Below, piece after piece: positions 12,111 through 26,045 of a stretch of 64,000 bases of DNA. A model generated the notes under the pieces. The model saw only the letters and a program-made list of their open reading frames with translations, did no database searches and was not told the origin of the DNA. Source of the stretch: Octopus vulgaris (lineage: Eukaryota); assembly GCA_951406725.2 (NCBI GenBank), contig OX597823.1, forward strand, positions 116,126,001-116,190,000, written 5' to 3'. Within the stretch, counting starts at the first letter, position 1. Every line of letters begins with the position of its first letter. The position numbers and the translations under genes were made by a program.

Positions 12111-12342
12111 AGGCGGAGAGATGGCAGAAACGTTAGCGCGCTGGGTGAAATGCTTAGCAGTATTTCGTCTGTCGCTACGTTCTGAGTTCAAATTCCGCTG
12201 AGGTCGACTTTGCCTTTCATCCTTTCAGGGTCGATAAATAAAATACCAGCTACGCACTGGGGTCGATATAATCGACTTAATCTGTTTGTCTGTCCTTGTT
12301 TGTCCCCTCTATGTTTAGCCCCTTGTGGGCAGTAAAGAAATA
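12111..12342 (+). mobile_element. SINE family B, long-tail form
   Basis: aggcggagagatggcagaaacgttagc...gagttcaaattccgc...tttagccccttgtgggcagtaaagaaata; flanked by an atatggaactgataa direct repeat (target-site duplication). Confidence 0.9.
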
Positions 12343-13493
12343 TATATGGAACTGATAATTTCAAACTGAAATGAAAAATTATTAGTCTTCTCCTGTAATC
12401 AATTCTGACTCATTGAGAATAACTTCCGCTATAAGAACTGGAGAAGAATGACCATGTTCATGTATCTCAAATAAGGAAATGGCATTCCTTTGATTCTATG
12501 TCATTGCTAGACAATGTGACATAAACAATATTGGAACGAGGAAAGAAATGAGAAACACTTCTAGCATTTTATTGTTTATTGCTTATCTTGCCAAAAGACA
12601 ATACGAAATAATATCTGTAGTGGAAGGGACACCAAGTGAATGGGCGACATGATGCTGAGGGCAAGATTCTTCAGCAAAAGATTTAACCATTTCAAACCAT
12701 TGATAGGTACTGTTTTTATGAAATAGTGATGTATGGAAAGTGCACGGCCTATATATGAGTCAGTCTAAGAGCAATTTAAGGTATTTGGTCAATCAATAGA
12801 TAAACTCATTAAATAAACTGAAATATCTGATAATAGATTACTTACTTTCTAGATGAAGGGAAAGTAGTTGAGATGCAGGCATTTGAATTTGGTTGAAAAT
12901 GTATTTTAGAATCAATCTCAGATTAAAGAGATGTTTATAGGTTGGTAACTGTTGCTGTTACTGTTCAGTCCCAGGTTAGATTCGATAAGACAGGTATGTA
13001 ATCAAAGGTATTCAAACCATGGACATCCTGCATTTATCCTGTGTTCAGGAAGCCCAGGACAACACAATCCAATGTATCACTTTCTAAGATGGCAGGATGT
13101 AATTTGAGAGATATTTGATTGCTGTTTCTAGGAGGTTGAGTAACCGCATAGAGGCTCTGATCTGTCTGCCTTTCAGTTTGTCTTTCTTCCTACTTCTCTC
13201 TCTCTCTCTTCCACTCTTTCTGTCTCTCTCTCTCTCTATTCCTCTCTCTCTCTCTTCCTCTCTCTTTCTCTCCCTCCCCCTCTCTCTCTCTCTTCTGTTG
13301 CTATTCATCATATCAAATGCATCAAGAGATTTTTCTTATAATCTCGGAGAAGGAATTTGAGCATGTAACAGCAGAATTTTGGCTGGGTGATGAATGATGA
13401 TAGAGTTTTTCTCTAAAACAGAGGTCACAAATCAAACTTAGAGTTATGGGAGGTGGCTTGTAATTCCACACGTCTCCCTTCTTCATCATGCTC

Positions 13494-13524
<31 letters not shown>

Positions 13525-13714
13525 CATGCAAACACACACACATGCACGATAGTTTAGTTAGCAAGTTGGTATATGAAAATAATATCCAAATATAGTTAGT
13601 AGCTTGGTAATGTTAGTTAAGTATATGAAAATAATATCCAAAGCTCAGTTTGGTTTGAACAAACAATAAAACATGAAACTATTCCTCCTCCTCCTCCTCC
13701 TCCTCCTCATCATC

Positions 13715-14060
13715 ATCATTGTTTAACATCCGCTTTCCATGCTAGCATGGGTTGGATTGTTCAACTGGGGTCTGGGAAGCCAGGAGGCTGCACCAGGCCC
13801 AGTCTGATCTGGCAGAGTTTCTACAGCTGGATGCCCTTCCTAACAGCAACCACTCCGTGAGTGTAGTGGTTGCTTTTTACATGCCACCGGCACAGGTGCC
13901 AGACGAGGCTGGCAACGGCCATGATTGGATGGTGCCTTTTACGTGCCACCAGCACGGAGGCCTGTCGGGGCGGCGCTGGCAACGGCCACATTCGGATTGT
14001 TCTCTTACGTGCAACCGGCACTGGTATCACAACTACAATTTCCATTGATGTTGATCGATT
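13715..14060 (-). mobile_element. Family D retroposon
   Basis: (cat)n tail, then gtttaacatccgctttccatgctagcatgggttgg...ggatgcccttcctaac and internal ~60-bp repeats. Confidence 0.85.
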
Positions 14061-14849
14061 TTGATTTTTTTTTGTACTATAAATCGGTGTACAATAAATT
14101 ATGTACTATAAATTGGCATGCAGTAGTCTCTGTCTTCTTTTGCTGCTCACAAAACCCATTTTCAGGGTAATCTATTTGCAGATTAAAAAGCAAACCTCAT
14201 AAAAACACAAGTGTTTCAGACAGCCACTGATTAGGTCCATGTTATTATATTCTATTTCTTCTCATTGGTCAACATTGCTTTCCATCCTTTCAGGGTCAAT
14301 GAAATAAGTACCTGTTACACACTGGGGTTGATGTAATAAAGTAATAAAGTAACTCCCTTCCTTGTCAGGCCTTGTGTCGATGATAGAAAGGATTCTTTAT
14401 TCTTCACTCTGAATTGGTTTACCGTTCATTTCTAATTAACAAACACTAAAAAGTATTCACACACAGAAGGAGAGACAATGGTTCTGTCCATCCGGTCACA
14501 CAGCTTCCATGGATTTCCATGACTCCCTGTTCCCACCCAATTCCGTTATTCATATTTGAATTGTGAGCGTGAGCCAGGATGAATCTTTCTATTAGCTGAT
14601 TATAAAACCATGGACGTTGCCCCTCTGGATGCATTGTAGTTACTCTCTTGGCAGAGCTTCATAATCCTGAGTGTTGATCTTCAAAGATTTCTCTGCTCAG
14701 ACTCAATGTTGAGCTCTTCTACTGCTTCTTCACAATTTGCCATGCTGCAGTTCTATGACTTTGTTCTATCCGAACGGGTGCAATGCCTTGCCACAGGATG
14801 ACCTGTGTCTATGCAGTGTACAGTCATCACTCCATCAGGTGTTTTCAAA

Positions 14850-15212
14850 TGTGTGGTAAGTAGCTTGCTTCCCAACCACGTGGTTCTGTGTTCAGTCCCA
14901 CTGCATGGCACCTTGGGCAAGTGTCTTCTGCTATAGCCTCGGGCTGACCAAAGCCTTGTGAGTGGATTTGGTAGACAGAAACTGAAAGAGGTCCGTCGTA
15001 TATATGTTTGTGTGTATATGTTTGTCCCCCCAACATCGCTTGACAAATGATGCCGGTGTGTTTACGTCCCCATAACTTAGCGGTTCAGCAAAAGAGACTG
15101 ATAGAATAAGTACTAGGCTTATAAAGAATAATTTATGGGGTTGATTTTCTCGACTAAAGGCGGTGCTCCAGCATGGCCGCAGTCAAATGACTGAAACAAG
15201 TAAAAGAGTAAA
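14850..15212 (+). mobile_element. SINE family A
   Basis: Matches the family A copies throughout. Confidence 0.88.
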
Positions 15213-15289
15213 ACAAAAATGTTACCAAAATATTGCAAAAGTTTGGTTATTCCATTGCTTACAACAAGAAAGCTTCCAAATGATGTGAT

Positions 15290-15569
15290 TAATGGAACAG
15301 CCCGTTCATGAAATTAACATGCATGTGGTTGAGCCCTCCACAAATGCATGTGCCTTTAACGTAATTCTCAGGGAGATACAGTGTGACACAGAGTGTGACA
15401 AGGCTGGCCCCTTTGATATATGGGTACTACTCATTTTTTCTAGCTGATCGAACAGGAGCAATGTGAAATAAAGTGTCTTGCTCAAGGACACAACACACCA
15501 CCAGGAATTGAACTCATGACCCTACGATCGTGAGCTGAATACTCTAACCACTGAGCCATGTGCCTTCAC
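15290..15569 (-). mobile_element. SINE family C variant
   Basis: The minus strand begins gtgaaggcacatggctcagtggttagag, followed by the CORE-like ccttgagcaagacactttatttcaca. Confidence 0.8.
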
Positions 15570-15579
15570 ACTGTGATAC

Positions 15580-15940
15580 TTCATTGTAGCAAAATGGATG
15601 CAATGATTGTTGATGATGTACAAAGGGTGAGGAAAATAAAGGTGAGCAAGGTGTGTTGAATGGGTAATGTTACTGCACACGAATGACAGGAATGAGATGG
15701 GAGAAGAACAAAGAATAAGTGGAATCAGTTGTAAAGAAGGCACTATTACGGACATGTGATGCTTATGGAAGATGATAGATGGGTAAAGAGGTGCCAAAAT
15801 AGAATACAAGAATAGGAAGTCATGTGAGGAATCAGAAAAGACTGATTTCAGGAGGTTGAACTTCTCAAAGATGACAAGTATCCATGGTAAGTGGAGAGAC
15901 AGTGTATTGTAGAAAACCTGTACAAACATGGAAAAATGGG
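15580..15940 (+). pseudogene. Decayed RTE LINE 3' end
   Basis: Residual YYGHVMLMEDDRWVKRC (RTE 'WYGHVMRM..D.WVK.C' motif), ending aaacatggaaaaatgg like the family D tail. Confidence 0.65.
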
Positions 15941-15956
15941 TATAAATGGGACTGTG

Positions 15957-16009
<53 letters not shown>

Positions 16010-16447
16010 TCATCATCATCATTTAATGTCCGCTTTCCCTGCTAGCATGGGTTGGACGATTTGATCGAGGCTGCACCAGGCTCCAATCTGATCTGTCAGA
16101 GTTTCTACAGCTGGATGCCCTTCCTAACGCCAACCACTCTGAGAATGTAGTGGGTACTTTTACGTGCCACCAGCACGAGGGCCAGTCAGGTGGTACTGGC
16201 AATGACCATGCTCAAGTGGTGTTTTTTATGTGCCACCTGCACAGGAGCCAGTCCAGTGGCACTGGCAACAACCTCACTCAGATGTTTCATCACATACCAC
16301 TGGCACAAGTGCCAGTAAGGTGATGCTTATAATGATCACGCTTGAATGGTGCTTTTTATGTGCCACTAGCACGGAAGCCAGTCAGCTGCTCTGGCAATGA
16401 CCACGCTCGGATGGTGCTCTTAGCGCTCCACTGGCATGGATGCCAGT
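16010..16447 (-). mobile_element. Family D retroposon with about five internal ~60-bp tandem units
   Basis: Repeats of gtgccac..gcac.gg.gccagtc.g....ctggcaa.gacc.cgctc.gatggtg upstream of the conserved 3' end. Confidence 0.85.
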
Positions 16448-16568
16448 CTACGTATATGAGTGTGTGTGTGTGTGTGTACTAATAATCACAAATATACATG
16501 CACATATATGACTATATGTATATATATATATATATGTGTGTGTGTATATATATATATGTGAGTGTGTG

Positions 16569-16614
<46 letters not shown>

Positions 16615-16615
<1 letters not shown>

Positions 16616-16985
16616 GCGTGTGATAAGTAGCTTGCTTACAAACCACATGGTTCTGGGTTTAATCTCACTGTGTGGCATATTGGGCAAGTGTCATCTACTA
16701 TAGCCTCAGGCTGACCAAAGCCTTGTGAGTGGATTTGGTAGATGGAAACTAAAGGAAGCCTGTCGTATATACGTATATAGGTATATGTGTGTCTGTGATT
16801 GTCTCCCCAACATTGCTTGACAACCGATGGTGGTGTGTTTACATCCCCGTAACTTAGTGGTTCGGCAAAAGAGACTAATAGAATAAGTACTAGGCTTACA
16901 AAGAATATGTCCTGGGATCAATTTGCTCAACTGGTGCTCCAGCGTGGCTGCAGTCAAATGACTGAAACAAGTAAAAGAGTAAAAG
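16615..16985 (+). mobile_element. SINE family A
   Basis: Matches the family A copies. Confidence 0.85.
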
Positions 16986-17476
16986 GGTATATATATATAT
17001 ATATGTATATGAATGACATATGCATTTGTATGCAACGACACATCTACTTTCACATAAGCATTTTGCTGTGCAGATAGAGAGCAATTATAAAATTCTTTTA
17101 ACTATTATTATTGCAGAATTTTGTTATCGCTGTAATAAAGTTAATAACGAGATAGATGGAAACAGGTTAGGGATTAAAATTTATTCAGTGTTCAAAGAAA
17201 AACATTTCATTTCAGCTTTTAGAAATAATTGCTTTTGACAAATGTAAATGTAAGCGAACACTTTGGAATAACATAGATGTGGTCTGTATTGCCGTAAAGC
17301 ACACTCACACACACGTATATATATTTACATATCTATTCATGTGTGTGTATGTTTGTGTGTTTGTGTGTACATGTGTACGTGCAAATGTGTGTATCAACAT
17401 ATAATTTCACTCTCTCTCTCACACATACAAATATATATAAATATATATACATACCTACATACATACATAGGCACAC

Positions 17477-17524
<48 letters not shown>

Positions 17525-18154
17525 CTAAGCATATTGGAAGACAATGTTGACGATAATGATATATATATATATATCATCATCATCATCATTTAACATCCGC
17601 TTTCGATGGGTTGGACAGTTTGACAGGAGCCAGCCAGATATATACACATATGTATATAGTCAGGCAGACAGATAGTTAGCTATAGATATAGATATATGTA
17701 CTTTCACACTTGAAAATATATAAACATGTATAAGCACCCTCATACATACAGATATATACATATGTATATATCCTCATCATCATCATCACCACCATCATCA
17801 CTATCATCATCACCACCATCATCACTATCATCATCACCACCATCATCATCATCATCACCACCATCATCACCACCATCATCACTATCATCATCACCATCAT
17901 CACCATCATCATCATCGTCGTCATCATCATTTTAACCTTGATTTTGCCATGCTTGCATATTCCTGGCAGAATTTGCCAAAGTAGATTTTCTACAGCCAGA
18001 TGCTCTTTTTGTTGCTAACCCTCACCTGTTTCCAAGTAAGGTATTGTTTACCCTTGGTCAGACATGCCTACATGAAAGATTGGCAAAAAAGGACACCACT
18101 TGTGTGAAGGTGACACCTGCTTGCTACATCCATGTGATGGGGAAACAAAGAGAC

Positions 18155-18203
<49 letters not shown>

Positions 18204-18322
18204 TGCATATGTATATATGACAGTCTTCTTTCAGTTTCTGATTAACAAATCCACCCCGTCCCCGAGACTTTGGTCAGTTTGGGGCTATAGAAAAAGACAT
18301 TTGCCTAAGGTGCCACACCTAC

Positions 18323-18361
<39 letters not shown>

Positions 18362-18424
18362 ACACACTCACACACACATATGCATTATCACAAACACTGA
18401 CACTATCTCACACACACACATGGC

Positions 18425-19221
18425 AATACGTTTCTGCAGTAATGATTTTTCTGGGTTTTAAGAAGTTATAGTGGATGAGTCCAGTTGTACACAACCAAAC
18501 AGTCACCAAGACCTTCTTTTTGAAGAGCTCAGGTTTAGGAAAGGTGTTCAGTGCTTCATTTTGGCCCCACCACTGCAAAGAACATTTTTCATTATTGTAT
18601 GATTTCCACTTTTCTGGTAACAGAAAAGGAGCAACGTGCAACTTTCATATCTGTACATTGTCTGATTTTCATTTAAATCGTGTGGTACCCTTTTGTTAGG
18701 CTTTTTTGATTTTCCAATCGCATGCAAATGGTTGCAGGCAGTTTTCTGGCTAACTTGAAGTCCTTTTGCCAGTTCTCGAGTGGTTTAACATAGATCTTTC
18801 TTAATGAAGTGCTTTAATTGACTGTTACCAATGACAGGCAGACATCCGCTACTCGCACAACCTTCAAGGCTCAGGTCTCCACTGCAAAATCATTTAAACC
18901 ATTTTCAAGCTGACCACTCACTGGTCATTTACTGACCAAACATTTCATTGATATTGCAAGCAGTGTCAGCTGCTTTACATCCTTTTTGAAGTTGAATAGC
19001 AAAATTGCTTGAATATTGCGCTTTGACAGTTCCATTTCAGATGACTGTAAAAACGGTGAAAACATCTCGATGTTAATTTATTGATGCATTTGGGCAAGTC
19101 TATGTCTGTATTATCAAATAATTGCAAAAAAAAATGTTTAAAATAAATTCAAAACGCGGCAAAAATCCAGTACAAATTCTTCATGGTTCAAAACGTTGCT
19201 TACTTTTAACTCAATCTGATA
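18425..19221 (-). pseudogene. Mariner transposon 5' half: TIR plus decayed transposase
   Basis: ATG at 19035 opens MELSKRNIQAILLFNFKKDVKAADTACNINEMFG..KWFK*FCSGDLSLE..TTRELAKGLQVS..RVPHDLNENQ..PKPELFKKKVLVTVW..GLIHYNFLKP..ITAETYC. TIR-like tatcagattgagttaaaagtaagcaacgtttt at ~19190-19221. Confidence 0.9.
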
Positions 19222-19955
19222 CCTGTAAATCCTAGGCTTGGCATTATCCCATGTTGTGTCCTATTCAATTTTACCTGACAATTATGTTCAAAATAAGGCG
19301 ATGATCAGGTGAAATAGTTAGCACACCAGGCAGAATGTTTCGAGGCATTTCATTCCTTTTTACATTCTAAGCTCAAATTCCACAAACATTGACTTTGTCT
19401 TTCATCCTTTTTGGAGTTGATAAAAGACAGTACCAGTTGAACAGTGGAATTGGTGCATTTGACTTACTTCACCCTGAAATTGGTGACTTTGCACCAAAAT
19501 TTGAAGTTAGTTAAATTCAAAGCACACTTGTCACAGGAATATTCAGCCACTTAGGCTATAATTCCATGAGTAGGTAGTCCAACTGATTGAATCACTAGAA
19601 TACTTGTTGTTGATTCCAACAGAGATTCCATTTAATTATATATACTTATATACACTGTCACATATATATATGTATACACTCACAGGCTTAACACATACAT
19701 ATTTCATACAAACATGTCCATATTCTCATTTATATATGCACTTACACACACTTACATGCTTATATACACTACTTTAAATTTATATTATACATGGCATCAA
19801 CTAAATATATAATATTAATAATACAAAACAAAAACCTACGTTTTTAAGATAAATGCTTTCCTGGCATTTGATAAATTGAAACATTCTTCTGGTTGTGTGT
19901 GTGTATAGGTACATTTAGAGTGTATTCTGTGTGTATGTGTTTGTATATGTGTTCA

Positions 19956-19998
<43 letters not shown>

Positions 19999-20032
19999 TA
20001 CATATATATAGAGAGAGAGAGATACATACATC

Positions 20033-20087
<55 letters not shown>

Positions 20088-20845
20088 TATAGCATCTTTT
20101 GCTTCTTCAACTTAGAAAACATAATTGATGGCATTAATTATTGAATGGAATAAATGTTGTGCATGTAGGTCTCTCTCTGTCTCTCTCTCTCAATATGTAT
20201 ATATATGACATGTCCATAGAAATGAATGTGAACATTTACACACACACACACAGAGTAAGATGTGTATGTATGTATGTATGTATTTATGAATGTCTCTATA
20301 CGAACACACACACACACACACAAAGATAATTGTATAATTCCAAACACAGACATGCATACACGGTGATGGATATGCAGACTCATTTTTAAAGTTATTGCTT
20401 CGAGTATTCCTAAGCTGCTTGTCTCACATCAGTTCAGCTTGTCAGTATCTTTACTCTGAAGCTTTCAGCTTGCCAACTGTATAATAATGATTATGTTTCT
20501 TATGACACTCACAGAACTAAAATTTCCAGGTTCAGTCCTCACTGGGATATATATGTACTGTTTTACAGCAATTGGACATCGGAGTGATATATTTTTATAT
20601 TTAGTTTCTTTTTCTAATTAATGACACATGTATAAAGAGCACTCGGTATATTCTTTGAAGAGGTTGATGTTAGGAAGAGCATCGAGCCATAGAAACCCTG
20701 CCAAAGCAGAGAGTGGAACCTGGTGTGATTCCTAGCCTTGCCAGATCCTGTCACACCAGCCAACCCATGCCAGCATCGAAAACAGATGTTGATAATAATA
20801 ATGATGATGATGATTATGATGATGGTGATTGTTGTTGTTGTTGTT

Positions 20846-21045
20846 GTTAAGCAACAAGACAGGTAAGGGTGATTAGGTGATGGGCTAGGGCTTAGGGGTG
20901 AGAGACCCCAGACCTTGGAAAAAAAAAAAGACTTTGGTCGTCTTGTTATAGTCGAGGGCTCGTCGTTGATGCCCGACACCCCTGGGAGGTGGCCCTCGAA
21001 GTCGCTGGAAATGGAGATCTCCAGGTCCAAATTCTTGAACGGCTG
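20846..21045 (-). mobile_element. Unclassified ~200-bp repeat (family X) with a (CAA)n tail
   Basis: Inverse of 36634-36845; both copies are embedded in trinucleotide microsatellite. Confidence 0.7.
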
Positions 21046-21729
21046 ATGATGGTGATGATGATGATGATTATGATGTCTTTTATCTTTTACATGTCCCCCT
21101 GACACACACACGTGATGGGCTTCCACCCAGTTTCTATCCACCAGTTTTACTCACAGGGCATTGGTCAGTTTGAGGCTATAGTATAACAGGCCCAAGGTAG
21201 CACAGAGTGAAATTGAGCCCAAAACTACACGATTGCAAAGCCAGCTTCTTCTCCTGCATCTTCAAGTCCTCTCACCATCACTCAGAACGCATCACTATTT
21301 CTGATTCTGTTATCCCATCTCCTTTATATTTCAAACTTGCAATGTAAATAGACATTATTAATTTAGTATTGTTTCAATTTCTTTTAGTCTTCCCACACTT
21401 ACTGCCTTTATTTCTCTCTAGTAAAATATATAATCCACTTGTCACATCCTTGTCTATTTCATTCATTTCACAGATGTATTTTCATTGTGCACAGTCTTTG
21501 ATTGTTGATGCTTAAAATAGTATTCTGTACCTTTTTCTTAACATAGAGAACTTGCAGAAAGCCACACAGCTATGATGTTCCTCTCAAGACAGCATCCTTT
21601 ACAGACATATAGAGCTAAAAAGTACAGAAGAATATCCATGGTTGATGAAATGAATTCAGCAGAGGCAGTGGAATTCCTCAATCTAGATTTCTGCTTATTT
21701 ACATGTCATCAGTATCAAGCACTAACTGA

Positions 21730-22392
21730 GTCGGCAAGCTGGCAGAAACATTAGCACACCAGGTGAAATGCCTAGCGGTATTTTGTCTGTCTTTACGTTT
21801 TGAGTTCAAATACTGCCGAGGTCACCTTTGCTTTTCATCTTTTCAAGGTCGATAAAATAAGTACCAGTTGCATACTGGTGTCGATCTAATTGACTGGGCC
21901 ATCCCCCAAAATTTCAGGCCTTGTGCCCAGAGTAGAAAAGATTATTTTTTAAGGCAGCAATCTGGCAGAAATGTTAGCATGTCGGGCAAAATGCTTAGTG
22001 GTATTTCATCTGTCTACATTCTGATTTCAAATTTCGCCATGGTCCACCTTGTTTTTCATCCTTTTAGGGTCGATAAATTAAGTACCAGTTGTGTACTGGG
22101 GCCGGTCTAATCTACTAGTCCCCTCCCCCCAACTTTCAGGCCTTGTGCCTAGAGTAGAAAAGAATATAGTGCAGATAGAAGGTGGTGAGCTGGCAGAAAC
22201 ATTATCATGCAGAATGAAATGATTAGTGGTATTTCGTCTGTCTTTGTGTTCTGAGTTCAAATTCCACTGAGACTGACTTTGTCTTTCATCCTTTTGGGGT
22301 CGATATATTAGGTACCAGTTGCATGCTGGGGTCGATCTAATCGACTGGCCCTCTCCCCAAATATTTCGTGCCTCATGCCTAGAGTAGAAAAG
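21730..22392 (+). mobile_element. Three tandem SINE family B copies
   Basis: Units start near 21730, 21952 and 22180; each ends ..tgcc(c/t)agagtagaaaag. Confidence 0.85.
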
Positions 22393-23017
22393 TATCAAGC
22401 ACTCACTAGCAGCTGCATGTGTAAACAAATTTAGCTTCTATTTGTGACACAAGTTATTTGTTAATCACTGTTTTACTATGTCCGTAGAGGCTAAATTTGT
22501 CTAAGCTTGTTGCTAATGGATACTCGCTACTAATGACATACAAATACACAGTAATCTAAATTTAACAATTCCAACACCACTTCTGGACACATTTTGTCGG
22601 TTGCTAATATACTCCCATACTTTTTATCACTATATGCTGTGATGTATAGTAGCTGTTGTACTGGGTGAACTGCCTCACACAAAACCTCCAAATTTTAAGC
22701 AGGGGTTATAACAGAAGTTTTCCATTAAGATTTATGGTTAAATTAATGAGTAAGGCTAATATTTATTATAAATTTGCCATTTCTGATGTGTCTGCAGTAT
22801 ACACCTAGCACACCCAGAATAAATGCCTCTGCCTTATATGCAGTTTTCTACATGAGAAGAAAACTGCAGCTGTGATGAATACTGCAGTTATGTAGCTTTC
22901 TAAAGTACTAGCTGACCACGTGCTGTCACTAATGATGGCTAATTGTAGTATTTTATTTATAAATAAGGTACAAAATAAAGTACCTAATAATCACTCATAC
23001 AAACATTCACATACTTC

Positions 23018-23050
<33 letters not shown>

Positions 23051-23514
23051 CATACATATACTCACACACAGTAGAAATGCTGATTTTTTTTCACCCCTTC
23101 CTTCCTTATTCATCCATCACCCCTTCCTTTCTCTCATTGCAGTTACTTTCTCTCACTCCCTCTCAGTCAGGGCTATTACTCTCACTACTTCTCCTTCACT
23201 GAATTACTATTTTCTCTCCTCCTCTGCATCCCAACGTGAATATGGACAAATATATATATATATATGCAAATATATATAAACACTATGCTCATAATTATAT
23301 TATTATATTAGGAGATATGCAAATTAAGTAAGACATACAGAATGCTATTTTGAACTAACGCTGCTTCTGTTGCTCATAAGAAATTCTTAATGTTTCATTC
23401 AATTTTCCTCTGCATTTTTCATCGTGTTTCATTTATCTTCATTTATTATTTACTTCTTTTCTCAGAATCTTTCTTTATTTGTGTTTTTGACCTACTACTT
23501 ATATGTGTGTTCAT

Positions 23515-23835
23515 ATGTGTGTGTGTGTATGCATGCATGTATGTGTGAGTTTGTACATATTTGTGAGTGCATGTGTGTGTGAGCTCGTACATATGTGTGT
23601 TTGCATGTGTGCATGTGTGTGATCATGTGTGTGTATGAGTGAGCTCATGTATATGTGTCTGCATGTGTTTATATGTGTGTGTGTGCATGCATGTGTGTGT
23701 GAGCTCATACATATGTATGTCTGCATGTGTGTATGTGTATGTGTGTGTGTGTGCATTTGTGTGTGTGTGCATGCATGTGTGTGTGTGTGTGAGCTTGTAC
23801 ATATGTGTGTCTGTGTGTGTGTGTATGTGTGTGTT
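23515..23835. repeat. (TG)-based minisatellite
   Basis: Recurrent gtgtgagct(c/t)(a/g)tacatatgtgtgt..gcatg units. Confidence 0.8.
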
Positions 23836-24044
23836 TGAGGTGCAGACACAGCTGTGTAATAAGAAGTTAGCTTTCAATCCACATGGTTTCAAGTTCCATC
23901 CCACCTTGTGTACCTTACTCAGGTGTCTTCTATGCCTTTGGGGTGACCAAAACTGAGTCAATGGATTCGATAGATGTAAATTGAAAGAAGCTGTCATGTA
24001 CATATGTGTATATATATATATATGTGTATGTGGGCTGCAGTTCT

Positions 24045-24106
24045 TCTTCTTCCAATCAGGAATCATCCAATTAGCCACAAAGAAAACTTTCTAATTCGAA
24101 TTAAGG

Positions 24107-24151
<45 letters not shown>

Positions 24152-24179
24152 TATTATTTATTATTATTATTATTATTAC

Positions 24180-24225
<46 letters not shown>

Positions 24226-24435
24226 TAGATGGCAAGCTGGCAGCGTTGTTAGTATGTTGGACAAAATGCTTAGCAGTATTTTGCCTGTCACTCTGTTCTG
24301 AGTTCAAATTCCACTGAGGTCAACTTTGCCTTTCATCCTTTTAGGACCCATAAAAAAAGTACTAGCTGAACCCTGAGGTCAATGTAATCAACTCATCCCC
24401 ACCTCCCCCAAGCTGCTCTTGTGACAAAAATTTAA

Positions 24436-24469
<34 letters not shown>

Positions 24470-24485
24470 GTAATAATTTTTATTA

Positions 24486-24532
<47 letters not shown>

Positions 24533-24905
24533 TATTTCACTTACACACAGCAAATTAGACTGTTGGAAAAACTCCTAGAACCTACTAAGAATACATGTGA
24601 CAACTTGAAGATCCACACACCACACACGATAGACTGGCAGTTGCACGGGTACAAAAGCTATGTTGTTGTTCTCATTCCGCAAATGGTTGCTTTTAACGGG
24701 TGGAGCGCTTAACCATCCTGGGGTACAAAGGATTCACAGTCTAGACTAGGGTCTGAAAGTTTACCACACTATAGTGGATTACACCATGGTTCTTCTGCTT
24801 TGTGGCAGAAGTAGGAAGAAAGAGTGAAAAAAAGTTGTGGTGAAAGAGTGCAGCGGGGTTCACCACCCCTCTCCGCCGGAGCCTTGTGGATCTTAGGTGT
24901 TTTTT
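24045..24905 (-). mobile_element. SINE family E copy interrupted by a ~490-bp duplicated segment
   Basis: 24045-24096 and 24584-24905 are collinear with 2251-2630; the interval between them copies 30562-30997. Confidence 0.8.
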
Positions 24906-25143
24906 ACTTAAGTGTGCTGCTGTTTCCTTCTTTTGACATCACTTGATACTTGCAAGTGATGTCATTCATCTTAACTTCAGTGCAAACATGTCTGGCCATG
25001 GAAAAATACTATGTTACTTGGAATTAGGTGAGAGTTGGTGACGTGAAGGGCATCCAGCCATAGAAAATCAGCTTCAACAAATTTTGTCCGACCCATGCAT
25101 ATATACCCAGACACAGTCTCATGCACACACAGTCACACATACA

Positions 25144-25176
<33 letters not shown>

Positions 25177-25624
25177 GTGTACATATATATTAAAAAAATA
25201 TTTTTTTCAAAAGATATTAAGTATTTAAAACAATATTTAGAGACCAGAATATCATCTACCTTTGGGTAAGATGTTTATATATGTATGTGTATATATATAT
25301 ATGTATGTATATGTATATATGTGTGTGTGTGTGTGTGTGTGTGGAGGCGCAATGGCCTAGTGGTTAGGGCAGCGGACTCGCAGTCGTAGGATTGCGGTTT
25401 CGATTCTCACACCAGACGTTGTTAGTGTTTATTAAGCGCAAACACCTAAAAGCTCCACGAGGCACCGGCAGGAGGTGGTAGTAATCCCTGCCAGCCACAA
25501 AGAAAAACTAAGCTAAGAGCATTAGATTCTTTGGAAGGAAGCAGCAAATGTATACGAAAACAAGGATGGAAAAAAATGGAGAAGGTTACATAAACACAAA
25601 TGACAGGACATAACAACAGGTGTC

Positions 25625-26045
25625 GGATCTTTTCAGTTTGAACGGCAGTTTTTAACATAATTTCTAGGTAACTAAAAAATTTTTAACTTCATATACTGGT
25701 AGAATGTGTTTATAAAACATCTTTTTCTCTTGGCTTTATTGAGAAAATTCTATAGTTTGTAAGATATTTGTTGTTTTTTTCTTCAATTTCTGCAATTTCA
25801 ACCAATCAGTTACGTCTATTGAGGTAAAAACATTCTGTGCCGTATGAATATGTCCCTCATTTAAGAACAGATTGGGTTTATTTACATTTGTGAAGAAAAA
25901 AAGATACTCTCCCCCCCCCCAACCCTAACTAACCCTAACCCTAAAACAGATTGAAATGCAATAGATCGATACTAGGGTCATAATTATGGGTGACAATTTC
26001 ATATGACACTGCTAGAAAAAACTGCCGTTCAAACCGAAAAGATCC
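25625..26045. mobile_element. Non-autonomous DNA transposon (MITE) with ~29-bp GG-starting TIRs and an 8-bp TSD
   Basis: Left ggatcttttcagtttgaacggcagttttt; right aaaaactgccgttcaaaccgaaaagatcc; caggtgtc is duplicated at 25617-25624 and 26046-26053. Confidence 0.92.

Noticed and set aside
14540-14845. Fragments resembling a GIY-YIG end (HCIDTGH, NMNNGIGW) or a mariner HTH linker
   Set aside because: Two incompatible weak readings; cannot be supported without a search.
20846-21045. Family X pair as the outermost arm of a large inverted duplication
   Set aside because: The neighbouring family D copies are on the same strand at both sites, so the flanks are not inverted; independent insertions fit better.
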